Part shown: positions 1 through 8,271 of the stretch, piece by piece
Layout of the letters: the number at the start of each line of letters is the position of its first letter
How positions within the stretch are numbered: position 1 is the stretch's first letter
Notes under the pieces: generated by a model
Databases searched by the model: none
What the model was told of the DNA's origin: nothing
Seen by the model: the letters and a program-made list of their open reading frames with translations, nothing else
Translations under genes and position numbers: made by a program
Source of the DNA: Candidatus Yanofskybacteria bacterium RIFCSPLOWO2_02_FULL_45_18
GTDB taxonomy: Bacteria > Patescibacteriota > Minisyncoccia > 2-02-FULL-40-12 > GWA2-44-9
Reading direction: 5' to 3'
DNA length: 62,254 nt
Assembly (NCBI GenBank): GCA_001795795.1
Contig: MGKV01000007.1
Span: 14,553 to 76,806, forward strand

Positions 1-114
1 CTAGTTTGTGGCCCGACCCCTGTGCAATGATGAAAAAGATGGGGGTGGGCGGAGCGGCAGTTGACGTAAAAAATAAAGGTTGCGTTATGCGGTTTATTTC
101 GGTAAGCTGGGGCG

Positions 115-816
115 ATGGAATCGTACGTAATCATTCCGACATACAACGAACGGGGTAATATCGGCCCGATATTGGAACAGATATTTTCGGTAGTTCCGGA
201 GACGTACATTTTAGTCGTGGACGACAACTCACCGGACGGGACGCAGGAGGTCGTCCGTGAGCTGCAAACCAGATACCCCAAGCTCTGGCTTTTAGCGCGT
301 CCAGAAAAACTTGGCCTAGGTAAGGCGTACGTGAACGCCTTTAATTATTTGAAAGAAAAGGAATGCGAAGGCGTCTTTGTCACGATGGATGCCGATTTTT
401 CGCATGACCCCGCGGCTTTGCCAGGGCTACTGGCCGCCGCTGAAAATCACGGCTTGGTTATCGGCTCACGCTATGTGCGGGGTGGGAGCATCGTTCATTG
501 GGAATTTTGGCGGCGGTTTCTAAGCTACGGCGCCAATTTCTATTACCGTATCATCACGCGCATCCCCGTCAAAGATTTGACTACCGGTTATACGGCGATG
601 CAGAGCCGGGCATTGTGGCAGCTAGACCTGTCATCCCTGAATGCCTCTGGGTATGCGTTCCTTTTTGAGTTAAAATATAGGTCGTGGAAGTCGGGCGTGC
701 CACTGATTGAAATTCCTATCACGTTTTCCGAACGGCGGCTGGGTAATTCCAAAGTATCAATGCATATAATCTACGAAAATTTTATCGTCCCATGGCGCTT
801 ACTATTAAAAAATTAA
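115..816 (+). CDS. GT2-family polyprenol-phosphate mannosyltransferase-like glycosyltransferase (Dpm1/Ppm1 type)
   Basis: 233-aa ORF. IIPTYNE, VVDDNSPDGT and DADFSHDP motifs are typical of GT-A family 2 enzymes. Overlaps the next ORF by 25 nt. Confidence 0.8.
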   Translation: MESYVIIPTYNERGNIGPILEQIFSVVPETYILVVDDNSPDGTQEVVRELQTRYPKLWLLARPEKLGLGKAYVNAFNYLKEKECEGVFVTMDADFSHDPAALPGLLAAAENHGLVIGSRYVRGGSIVHWEFWRRFLSYGANFYYRIITRIPVKDLTTGYTAMQSRALWQLDLSSLNASGYAFLFELKYRSWKSGVPLIEIPITFSERRLGNSKVSMHIIYENFIVPWRLLLKN

Positions 817-2165
817 TAACCAGAACGAATAAGAAAGATTTAGCCTTGCTCATCGGGATATGCGCCTTGATAATTGGTGTTTTAATATTTCAGCAGAGGA
901 TTTTTGTGCGTAATGATTTTTATGTTGCCCATCACTTTGGGGAAAATTGGCCGATGCTCAAAACGATATCGATTATTCTGGGAGCGCTTTATCTGGGGCT
1001 GTGGGCGGTTATCAGAAATACAAAAATTTCTGCAAAGAACATTCTCGTCATTGCTTCCACGGCTTTTATTTTGATAGCCGGTGTAGCCTTGGTGACCCAC
1101 CCGACGCGTTCGCAGGATTTGTATCATAGCTTATTATTAGGTAAAGGGCTTACGGAGTCTGGGTTGAATCCCTATACCACTGCGCCGCAAGACGTGGATT
1201 ATCCGTCTTGGAATTATCCGGTGCTGGCCTGGAAAGATGTCGCCATGCCTTACGGTCCCATCTGGTCAGATATTGTCATCGGTATCGCGTATGTGACGAG
1301 TTCGTTGGGTGTGGCTCTTGTTCTGGCCAAATCATTTTTTATTTTAGTACTCGCATTTTTAGGTTTTCTGCTGTTTAAGCTCGCACAGCATCAGAGCTTT
1401 ACGCGGGAGGCCGCGGCGAAAATTACTGCGCTATTTTTGCTGAATCCGTTTATCATCCAGACAGTGTTGATTGACGGCCATAGCGATATTTTGGTCGGTT
1501 TCTTTCTGATGGTGAGTTTGTATTTGTTATCCCGCGAGAAATATGGCTTCAGCATTCTGGCATTGGCGGCCGGCGGGTTGGTCAAATATTCGCCGTTTAT
1601 GATTATGTTCGCGCCCGTCTATCTGGCCATCAGGAAATATGGTTTCAAAAAAATAGGGCAATTGCTGGCCGGACTGGTTGTCTCCGTGGCCTTGGTTATC
1701 AGCGTGTATCATCCTTTTGATGCCACAATCCGCGGGATTATAAAACTCGTCTTAGGTATTAATCTGCAGGGGCTGGCGACAGAATTTTTACCGGGGACGA
1801 CCATGCTAATACAATATTTCCATATGACGCCCAGTCATTTAAGGATATTCGGCATCGTGGCTGCAATAGCAGTTCTGGTCTGGGCGTTACACAAAAAGAA
1901 GATTGCCCTGGCTTATACGATGCCGTTTATTGTGTTCTTCTTTTTCGCTACAACGTGGTTTCAGGCCTGGTATGTACTGTGGCTGATGCCGGTTATTTTT
2001 CTGGCCTGGCCGTCCGTGGCGGTGGTATTGATGACCGCATTGCTGTTGCCCATGCCGGAACTGATTTCTCCATCCATGGTATCCTATGTCGCCATGACTA
2101 TTATTTCGGTCGTTTTATTTTTCCGTTATTTGTCGCATGAGGATGGGCGCGCAGACACCCGATGA
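792..2165 (+). CDS. Polytopic membrane protein, probable GT-C type glycosyl/mannosyltransferase partner of the upstream GT2
   Basis: 457-aa ORF with many hydrophobic helices, translationally coupled to the GT2 gene. The family assignment is inferred from context only. Confidence 0.55.
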   Translation: MALTIKKLITRTNKKDLALLIGICALIIGVLIFQQRIFVRNDFYVAHHFGENWPMLKTISIILGALYLGLWAVIRNTKISAKNILVIASTAFILIAGVALVTHPTRSQDLYHSLLLGKGLTESGLNPYTTAPQDVDYPSWNYPVLAWKDVAMPYGPIWSDIVIGIAYVTSSLGVALVLAKSFFILVLAFLGFLLFKLAQHQSFTREAAAKITALFLLNPFIIQTVLIDGHSDILVGFFLMVSLYLLSREKYGFSILALAAGGLVKYSPFMIMFAPVYLAIRKYGFKKIGQLLAGLVVSVALVISVYHPFDATIRGIIKLVLGINLQGLATEFLPGTTMLIQYFHMTPSHLRIFGIVAAIAVLVWALHKKKIALAYTMPFIVFFFFATTWFQAWYVLWLMPVIFLAWPSVAVVLMTALLLPMPELISPSMVSYVAMTIISVVLFFRYLSHEDGRADTR

Positions 2166-2644
2166 AATCCGTGTATCTGATTTTGGATAATATCCGCAGC
2201 GCCCACAACGTGGGCTCTATTTTCCGTACCGCCGATGCGGCGGGCGTGGCCAAGATATATTTGTGTGGAATCACGCCCAAACCGTCGGGTGAGGGTGAAC
2301 TGCCCGTCGGCGGCCGTGCCAAAATGGAGAAAACTTCGCTGGGTGCCGAGAAAATGGTGGCCTGGGAATATGCCGCGCAATCCTGGCGGATTTTAAAAAA
2401 ATTAAAAGGGGAGAGTAGGCGAGTTATCGCATTGGAACTCTCCCCCGCCAGCAAGAATATTTTTAAATACAAAGCAAAAGCGGGGAAACCACTGGTTCTG
2501 GTTGTTGGGCATGAGCGTAGGGGTTTGTCTAAAAAAATCCTGGAATACGTGGACGATATCGTAGAGATACCCATGCATGGCAGAAAAGAATCATTAAATG
2601 TAAGCGTGGCGACCGGGATAGCTTTATACCAGTTGCTGCGCTAG
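2162..2644 (+). CDS. SpoU/TrmH-family RNA 2'-O-ribose methyltransferase
   Basis: 160-aa ORF with the motifs NVGSIFRTADAAG, VVGHERRGLS and IPMHG..ESLNVSVATGIALYQL. ATGA overlap with the previous ORF. Confidence 0.85.
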   Translation: MKSVYLILDNIRSAHNVGSIFRTADAAGVAKIYLCGITPKPSGEGELPVGGRAKMEKTSLGAEKMVAWEYAAQSWRILKKLKGESRRVIALELSPASKNIFKYKAKAGKPLVLVVGHERRGLSKKILEYVDDIVEIPMHGRKESLNVSVATGIALYQLLR

Positions 2645-2768
2645 CATTGTCCCGATTTTGTTATCCGCCCTAGCCGGAGTTATAAAATCGAGAATCCTCG
2701 ATTTTTCTACTCTACGGATGAAAAATTGGGACATTGTATCAAATAACAAAATGAGCTAATATTTGCTG

Positions 2769-2969
2769 ATGGACGAAAGGGAAATTGTAAAAACAATAGA
2801 TCCAGCGATTCAGAAAAAAATTCAAGAAGAGAAAGAAAAGCGTGGACGGGGTTGGAATGAACGAAAACAGCTTGAGATTATTGAAGATGAACCAACTGAT
2901 AAATCTCAAGATGGCGGCGAAGAACCAGATGAAAAATCTCCGGATCTCAAGACGGTTATCAAGTTTTAA
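2769..2969 (+). CDS. Small acidic hypothetical protein
   Basis: ATG at 2769 inside the track ORF 2763..2969. Highly charged 66 aa, followed by a terminator hairpin. Confidence 0.45.
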   Translation: MDEREIVKTIDPAIQKKIQEEKEKRGRGWNERKQLEIIEDEPTDKSQDGGEEPDEKSPDLKTVIKF

Positions 2970-2981
2970 GGTGCCCTAAAA

Positions 2982-3006
2982 GCCGCAGTCACCGTCTGCG
3001 GTTTTT
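2982..3006 (+). terminator. Rho-independent terminator-like hairpin
   Basis: GCCGCAG-N6-CTGCGGT followed by a T-run. Confidence 0.6.
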
Positions 3007-3010
3007 GCTT

Positions 3011-3661
3011 ATGAGATTTCCCAACAAAACTTTAGAAAAGCAACTTTTCAAATCCGGCTATCAGCTGGTTGTTGGCGTGGATGAAGTGGGGACGGGTTCT
3101 CTGGCTGGGCCAGTGGTGGTTTGCGCCGTGGCGATGACCAACACTTTTTATAATAAACATCATAAAAAACTGCGTCGCCTTCGTGATTCCAAATTACTAC
3201 TCCCCCACCAGAGAGAAAAATTTTCAAAACAGCTAATTCGCGAATCAAATCTGGCTTACGCTATTGCCTCAGCCAGCCCAAAGGTTGTTGACAAGATTAA
3301 TGTTTATCAAGCGGCGCGGAGAGCGATGAAGAGAGCTATTGTGGCCCTTCGGCCGATTCAGGGCAATAAGTACTGTCGGACGATAGTACTTATTGATGGC
3401 AAAACAAAAATCAACGGGCTCGAATTAGAACAGATGCCTATCGTTAAGGGCGACTGCAAGGTGTTCGCAATCGCCTGCGCCTCGGTTATCGCCAAGGTCC
3501 ACCGCGACAAAATGATGGTTTGCTACGCTAAACGTTATCCGGGCTATGGCTTTGAAAGGCATAAAGGATATGGGACAAAGTACCATCAAGCACAGCTTCT
3601 AAAACAAGGCCCTTGCGCCATACACAGGGAATCCTTTGCACCAGTTGCAAAATTAATCTAG
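3011..3661 (+). CDS. rnhB: Ribonuclease HII
   Basis: VGVDEVGTGSLAGPVVVCAV active-site region and the C-terminal HR.SF motif. ATG at 3011 is preferred over the track TTG at 3005. Confidence 0.9.
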   Translation: MRFPNKTLEKQLFKSGYQLVVGVDEVGTGSLAGPVVVCAVAMTNTFYNKHHKKLRRLRDSKLLLPHQREKFSKQLIRESNLAYAIASASPKVVDKINVYQAARRAMKRAIVALRPIQGNKYCRTIVLIDGKTKINGLELEQMPIVKGDCKVFAIACASVIAKVHRDKMMVCYAKRYPGYGFERHKGYGTKYHQAQLLKQGPCAIHRESFAPVAKLI

Positions 3662-3691
3662 AATGGATAAATAACCTTGTAATTTTTTACT

Positions 3692-4768
3692 ATGGCAAGA
3701 ATTGCAATTAACGGCTTCGGCCGCATTGGACGCGCGTTTTTTAAATTGGCATTGGAAAAGCCGGAGTTGGATATTGTTGCCATTAACGACCTTGGAGATA
3801 TTGAATTTCTGGCCTACTTGCTTAGGTTTGATTCGGTTTACGGTAAGTTTAAAAAATCCGTTTCAATAAAAGAAGGCAATCCTTCAATAAGTTCAGGACA
3901 AAAACAAAAGTTTTTGGTTGTAGGGGGCAAGGAAACGTTATTTTTGCAGGAAAAAGATCCTCTGAATCTGCCGTGGAAGGATTTGGGTGTTGATATTGTG
4001 GTTGAATCCACTGGTGTCTTTGAAAGCTATGAAAAGGCGAGAGTCCACATAGCGGCGGGCGCCAAAAGGGTAGTCCTGACTGCTCCGGCGAAAGACGAAG
4101 ATGGTTCGGTAAACTCACCACAAGTCGGCCCAGATGGCCGCACAGTATTAGTTGGTGTCAATGATGACCAGCTTAAAACCTGTACCATATCCTCCAACGG
4201 TTCTTGTACTACCAATTCTGTTTCCCCCGTTATGCAAATTTTGACGGAGAAGCTGGGCGTGAAGAAGGCATATCTTAACACTACGCATGGCTATACGGCA
4301 ACGCAGGTTTTGATGGACGGCTTGCCGGGTAAATCAAAGGACTTTAGGCGCGGGCGGGCGGCGGCGGCTAATATTATTCCTTCTACAACCGGCGCGACGA
4401 CGGCGGTGGCAAGGGCGATAGAATCGCTCCGCGGTAAGTTTGACGGCATATCTTTGCGGGTGCCGGTGCTGGACGGCTCAATCTCGGCCATTACTTTTAT
4501 TTCGGAAAAACCGACCACGGTTGAGGAGATAAACAATATTTTCAAAGAAGCGGAAAAAGATCCGCGCTGGCAGGGCATTCTGCGCACCACCGAAGACCCT
4601 GTCGTCTCAACTGACATTGTTGGCGATCCGTGCGCGGCCATTGCAGACCTCTCCCTTACGCGGGTGGTGGACGGCGACTTGTGTTGCGTTTACAGTTGGT
4701 ATGACAATGAGTTTGGGTATACGAATACATTGGTGCGGCATGTTATTAAAGTGGCCGCCACTTTGTAA
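3692..4768 (+). CDS. gap: Glyceraldehyde-3-phosphate dehydrogenase
   Basis: INGFGRIGR Rossmann motif, SNGSCTTN catalytic Cys motif and WYDNEFGY at the C-terminus. Confidence 0.95.
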   Translation: MARIAINGFGRIGRAFFKLALEKPELDIVAINDLGDIEFLAYLLRFDSVYGKFKKSVSIKEGNPSISSGQKQKFLVVGGKETLFLQEKDPLNLPWKDLGVDIVVESTGVFESYEKARVHIAAGAKRVVLTAPAKDEDGSVNSPQVGPDGRTVLVGVNDDQLKTCTISSNGSCTTNSVSPVMQILTEKLGVKKAYLNTTHGYTATQVLMDGLPGKSKDFRRGRAAAANIIPSTTGATTAVARAIESLRGKFDGISLRVPVLDGSISAITFISEKPTTVEEINNIFKEAEKDPRWQGILRTTEDPVVSTDIVGDPCAAIADLSLTRVVDGDLCCVYSWYDNEFGYTNTLVRHVIKVAATL

Positions 4769-4860
4769 ATTAAAAATGCAAAGTGAAAAATTAAAAATTC
4801 AGGTTATTGAAAATTTTTATAAAAATTTTTAATTTTAATCATTTTGATTTTTGAATTTTA

Positions 4861-5145
4861 ATGAAAAATTTTTTTGAAATTTTTCATAACATCGGCCCCC
4901 AATACGCCTTCATCGGCGGGGAGGACTTGCGTCGCGGCATATTGCTTAGTGTGCCCACGCTGGCAATCCTTTTGGTTACCGGCGCCTTGATATTGATTGA
5001 AGCAATCATGCAGAAAAACATCGTCAAAGGAGGATTCGGACGCTTTGTTTTATGGCTGTGCGTCAAAATTGGATTTGCCGGCCTGATTGTCAGTATAATC
5101 TACCTCGCCATCGGCGGCGTTAAATTATTAATTTCTAAGTTTTGA
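4861..5145 (+). CDS. Small membrane protein, hypothetical
   Basis: 94-aa ORF with two clear hydrophobic helices. Confidence 0.55.
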   Translation: MKNFFEIFHNIGPQYAFIGGEDLRRGILLSVPTLAILLVTGALILIEAIMQKNIVKGGFGRFVLWLCVKIGFAGLIVSIIYLAIGGVKLLISKF

Positions 5146-5149
5146 GATT

Positions 5150-5344
5150 ATGGATAATAAATTTACAGAGAAACAGGTTTTTATTTTGGTAATTGCAATT
5201 GTCGCGGGGATAGCGTTTATGGAGACAAGTCATGCTTTAGGGACTAGAGAATTCTGGAGAGAGTTTGGCCTAAAATTGTTTGGGTATGGTTTGATTGCCG
5301 AATTTAGTGTTGTATTACTGGGACAATTGCTGAATAAAGATTAA
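5150..5344 (+). CDS. Small membrane protein, hypothetical
   Basis: 64-aa ORF with two hydrophobic helices, 4 nt after the previous ORF. Confidence 0.5.
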   Translation: MDNKFTEKQVFILVIAIVAGIAFMETSHALGTREFWREFGLKLFGYGLIAEFSVVLLGQLLNKD

Positions 5345-5376
5345 GCAACGCGACGCTTTTATTGCGATATCCTTTA

Positions 5377-6276
5377 ATGTCAATACACGAGGAAAAAATT
5401 AAAGAGCTGGAGTTAAAAGCCAATGAAATCCGCCAGTCGGTGATTGAGATGCTCGTTGAGGCGGGGTCGGGGCATACGGCGGGGCCGATGGGCATGGCTG
5501 ATATTTTCACGGCGCTGTATTTTCATGTTCTAAATCACGATCCCAAGAATCCAGAATGGCCGGAGCGTGACCGCCTCATACTTTCCAACGGCCATATTAC
5601 GCCGGTGCGCTATGCCGCGATGGCTCATGCCGGATATTTCCCCATTGAAGAATTAAAAACCCTGCGTAAATTAGGCACGCGATTGCAGGGGCATCCCGAG
5701 CGGGAACGACTTCCGGGGGTTGAAACAACCTCCGGTCCGTTGGGCTCTGGTTTGGGGCAGGCCTGCGGAATCGCTTATGCGGCGCGGATGTCCGCCCCAA
5801 AGGGGCGAGGTTTCGCCTCCGAAGGAGGCGGAGATGGCACAAGATTCAGAGTTTATTGTATAATGTCAGACGGGGAGCAGGAGGCGGGAGTTACTTGGGA
5901 GGCGGCGCTATTTGCCGGAAAGAACAAACTTTCTAATCTGACCGGCATAATTGACCGCAACAATATCCAGATTGACGGCATGACCGAGAATATTATGCCC
6001 ATTGAGCCGTTGCGCGCCAAATACGAAGCATTTAACTGGCATGTTTTGGAAATTGACGGCCATAATATTGAGGAATTTGTGGACGCGGTTGAGGAGGCAA
6101 AGGCAATTTACGAAAAACCGACGGTAATAATTGCCCACACTATTCCGGGCAAAGGCATCCCCGAAATTGAGTTTGATTATAAATGGCATGGAATTCCGCC
6201 CAAACCGGAGGAAGCAAAAAAGTTTTTGGATGAATTAAGGACATTGAAAGGAAAGATAGTAAGCGAACACCAGTAG
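5377..6276 (+). CDS. Transketolase, N-terminal (TPP-binding) subunit
   Basis: GSGHTAGPMGMADIF, LSNGH and GDGE motifs. ATG at 5377 lies inside the track ORF 5362..6276. Confidence 0.9.
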   Translation: MSIHEEKIKELELKANEIRQSVIEMLVEAGSGHTAGPMGMADIFTALYFHVLNHDPKNPEWPERDRLILSNGHITPVRYAAMAHAGYFPIEELKTLRKLGTRLQGHPERERLPGVETTSGPLGSGLGQACGIAYAARMSAPKGRGFASEGGGDGTRFRVYCIMSDGEQEAGVTWEAALFAGKNKLSNLTGIIDRNNIQIDGMTENIMPIEPLRAKYEAFNWHVLEIDGHNIEEFVDAVEEAKAIYEKPTVIIAHTIPGKGIPEIEFDYKWHGIPPKPEEAKKFLDELRTLKGKIVSEHQ

Positions 6277-6353
6277 ATTAATCGACAATTGACAACAAAC
6301 AACTGACAACTTTTGTTATAAGTTGCAAGTTGCCACAGCAAGGAGGTGTCTAT

Positions 6354-6677
6354 ATGAATATGATGCATCATGGAGGTATGTGCCGATGTCCGCACCACAT
6401 AGGGGCGATGGTTTTGGGTATTCTTGCTTTTGTCGCCGGTGTTTTGTTTTTCTGGACTTCCGTCACCAGCGGTTTGGGCAAGAGTGGCATAGTTTTGGGA
6501 TTTAATGCCAACTATTACTTTATGGCGGCAATAGTAGCGGTGATTATGGCGCATAGCGCCAAGTATTGCCGGTGCTGTTATGGTATAATGAAGAATAAGA
6601 TGATGAGCGATGGCGTGTGCGCGCACGGCGAAGGCGACAAGTGCGAGCATTGCGAGAAGCCAAGTGATAGAATTTAG
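6354..6677 (+). CDS. Cys/His-rich small membrane protein, hypothetical (possible metal binding)
   Basis: AAGGAGG sits 8 nt upstream of the ATG at 6354. Begins MNMMHHGGMCRCPHH, then two TM helices, then a C-terminal CRCC...CAHGEGDKCEHC. Confidence 0.65.
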   Translation: MNMMHHGGMCRCPHHIGAMVLGILAFVAGVLFFWTSVTSGLGKSGIVLGFNANYYFMAAIVAVIMAHSAKYCRCCYGIMKNKMMSDGVCAHGEGDKCEHCEKPSDRI

Positions 6678-6798
6678 GAATTAGAATTTAGAAATTAGAA
6701 GTGAGAAAAAATTTACTTCTAGTTTCTATTCTCTAATTTCTAATCAGCCATCAGATTTATACTATTTGATTAGAAATTAGTAACCATAGATTGTTGTT

Positions 6799-7143
6799 AT
6801 GGCTCGGATAATTCTTGAAAAAACAATATTAAAGAACGCCAGAGTGAGATTTATTCTTGAACTGTTGAGTGTTTTTATCGTGGGGCTGGTCGTTGGTATT
6901 GTCTTTCTCCGGCCGACCAAAACAACCAATGGTCCGCCGGGGTATACGCCAACACCGAGCGGGCAATATTGCATACAGGTCATTACCCAGGCCTTTAATC
7001 CCCAAACCGGAGATGTAGTTGATTTCCCCACGCCCTGCGACGTGCCAAAGGGATGGGAAGTCGCACCCGCGGGATGTCATTATGAAAAAGTCGTCTGCGT
7101 TATAGCTCCATGTAAACCTGTTTTGATTTGCCCGACGCCTTAA
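6799..7143 (+). CDS. Small secreted/anchored Cys-containing hypothetical protein
   Basis: 114-aa ORF with an N-terminal TM helix followed by a Pro/Cys-containing domain. Confidence 0.55.
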   Translation: MARIILEKTILKNARVRFILELLSVFIVGLVVGIVFLRPTKTTNGPPGYTPTPSGQYCIQVITQAFNPQTGDVVDFPTPCDVPKGWEVAPAGCHYEKVVCVIAPCKPVLICPTP

Positions 7144-7171
7144 AAATTTTCAATTTTTAATTTTAAATTTC

Positions 7172-7203
7172 CAATGAATTTTCAATGTCGCATTGATTCA
7201 TTG
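7172..7203 (+). repeat. CAATG-hairpin spacer element, copy 1
   Basis: CAATGAATTTTCAATGTCGCATTGATTCATTG. Near-identical copies lie at 24067 and 47734. Confidence 0.75.
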
Positions 7204-7211
7204 ATAATTTA

Positions 7212-8219
7212 ATGAAAATTGAAAATCGTGAATTGTTAAATTTAAAGGCCAAATTAGTTGACAATCTCTTCGACAAGGAATATTTGCAATATGTCCCGAC
7301 CCGTGATGGCTATGGCAAGGGCTTGGTTGAAGCGACCGAAAGGGATGAACGGGTAGTGGCGCTTTGCGCCGATCTGACCGAATCAACGCGGACACATTGG
7401 TTCGCGGAAAAGTTTCCCGAAAGATTTGTTCAAATGGGCGTGTCGGAGCAGGCCTTGGCGGTAATCGGTTCGGGCATGGCCAATTACGGCAAGATTCCTT
7501 TCATCGCGTCATATGCGGTTTTTAGTCCCGGACGCAACAATGAGCAGATCCGCACCAACATTTGCATAAACAATGTGCCGGTCAAAATTGTCGGCGCGCA
7601 CGGGGGAGTATCGGTGGGCCCCGATGGAGCAACGCACCAAGCATTGGAAGATATCGCATTGATGCGCGTATTGCCGCGGATGGTAGTGGTGGTGCCATGC
7701 GATGCTTTTGAAGCGCAAAAGGCGACGGTGGCGGTGGCCTTTAACGGCCAGCCGAGTTATTTGCGCATCGGGCGTGAGAAATCACCCATTTTTACTACAG
7801 CCGAAACGCCATTTGAAATCGGTAGGGCGGAAATTTTTCGCGACGGTAAGGATGCCGTCATTATCGCATGCGGGATACTTTTATATAATGCTCTTTCGGC
7901 CGCCGAGGAATTATCAAAAGAAGGCATAGGGTGCATGGTTATAAATTCTCATACCGTAAAACCGTTGGACGAAAAAACCATCATTGAAGCGGCAAAAAAG
8001 TGCGGCGCTGTCGTATCGGTTGAGGAACATCAAATCGCCGGTGGACTCGGTTCCGCCGTGGCCGAGTGTCTTGCTAAAAACTACCCTGTCCCGCAGGAAT
8101 TTATCGGCATGCGGGACCGCTTTGGCGAATCAGGGAAGCCGGAGGAGCTTTTTGAGCATTTTGGTATGGGGGTCGGGGCGGTTAAAGAGGCGATTCGAAA
8201 AGTTATAAAGAGAAAGTAA
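7212..8219 (+). CDS. Transketolase, C-terminal (pyrimidine-binding) subunit
   Basis: 335-aa ORF. FVQMGVSEQ, GPDGATHQALEDIA and a C-terminal domain typical of split transketolase. Confidence 0.9.
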   Translation: MKIENRELLNLKAKLVDNLFDKEYLQYVPTRDGYGKGLVEATERDERVVALCADLTESTRTHWFAEKFPERFVQMGVSEQALAVIGSGMANYGKIPFIASYAVFSPGRNNEQIRTNICINNVPVKIVGAHGGVSVGPDGATHQALEDIALMRVLPRMVVVVPCDAFEAQKATVAVAFNGQPSYLRIGREKSPIFTTAETPFEIGRAEIFRDGKDAVIIACGILLYNALSAAEELSKEGIGCMVINSHTVKPLDEKTIIEAAKKCGAVVSVEEHQIAGGLGSAVAECLAKNYPVPQEFIGMRDRFGESGKPEELFEHFGMGVGAVKEAIRKVIKRK

Positions 8220-8271
8220 GATTGACCTGTGGATATTGAAAATTTGGGCTTTTAGTGTATAATAGCAATAT

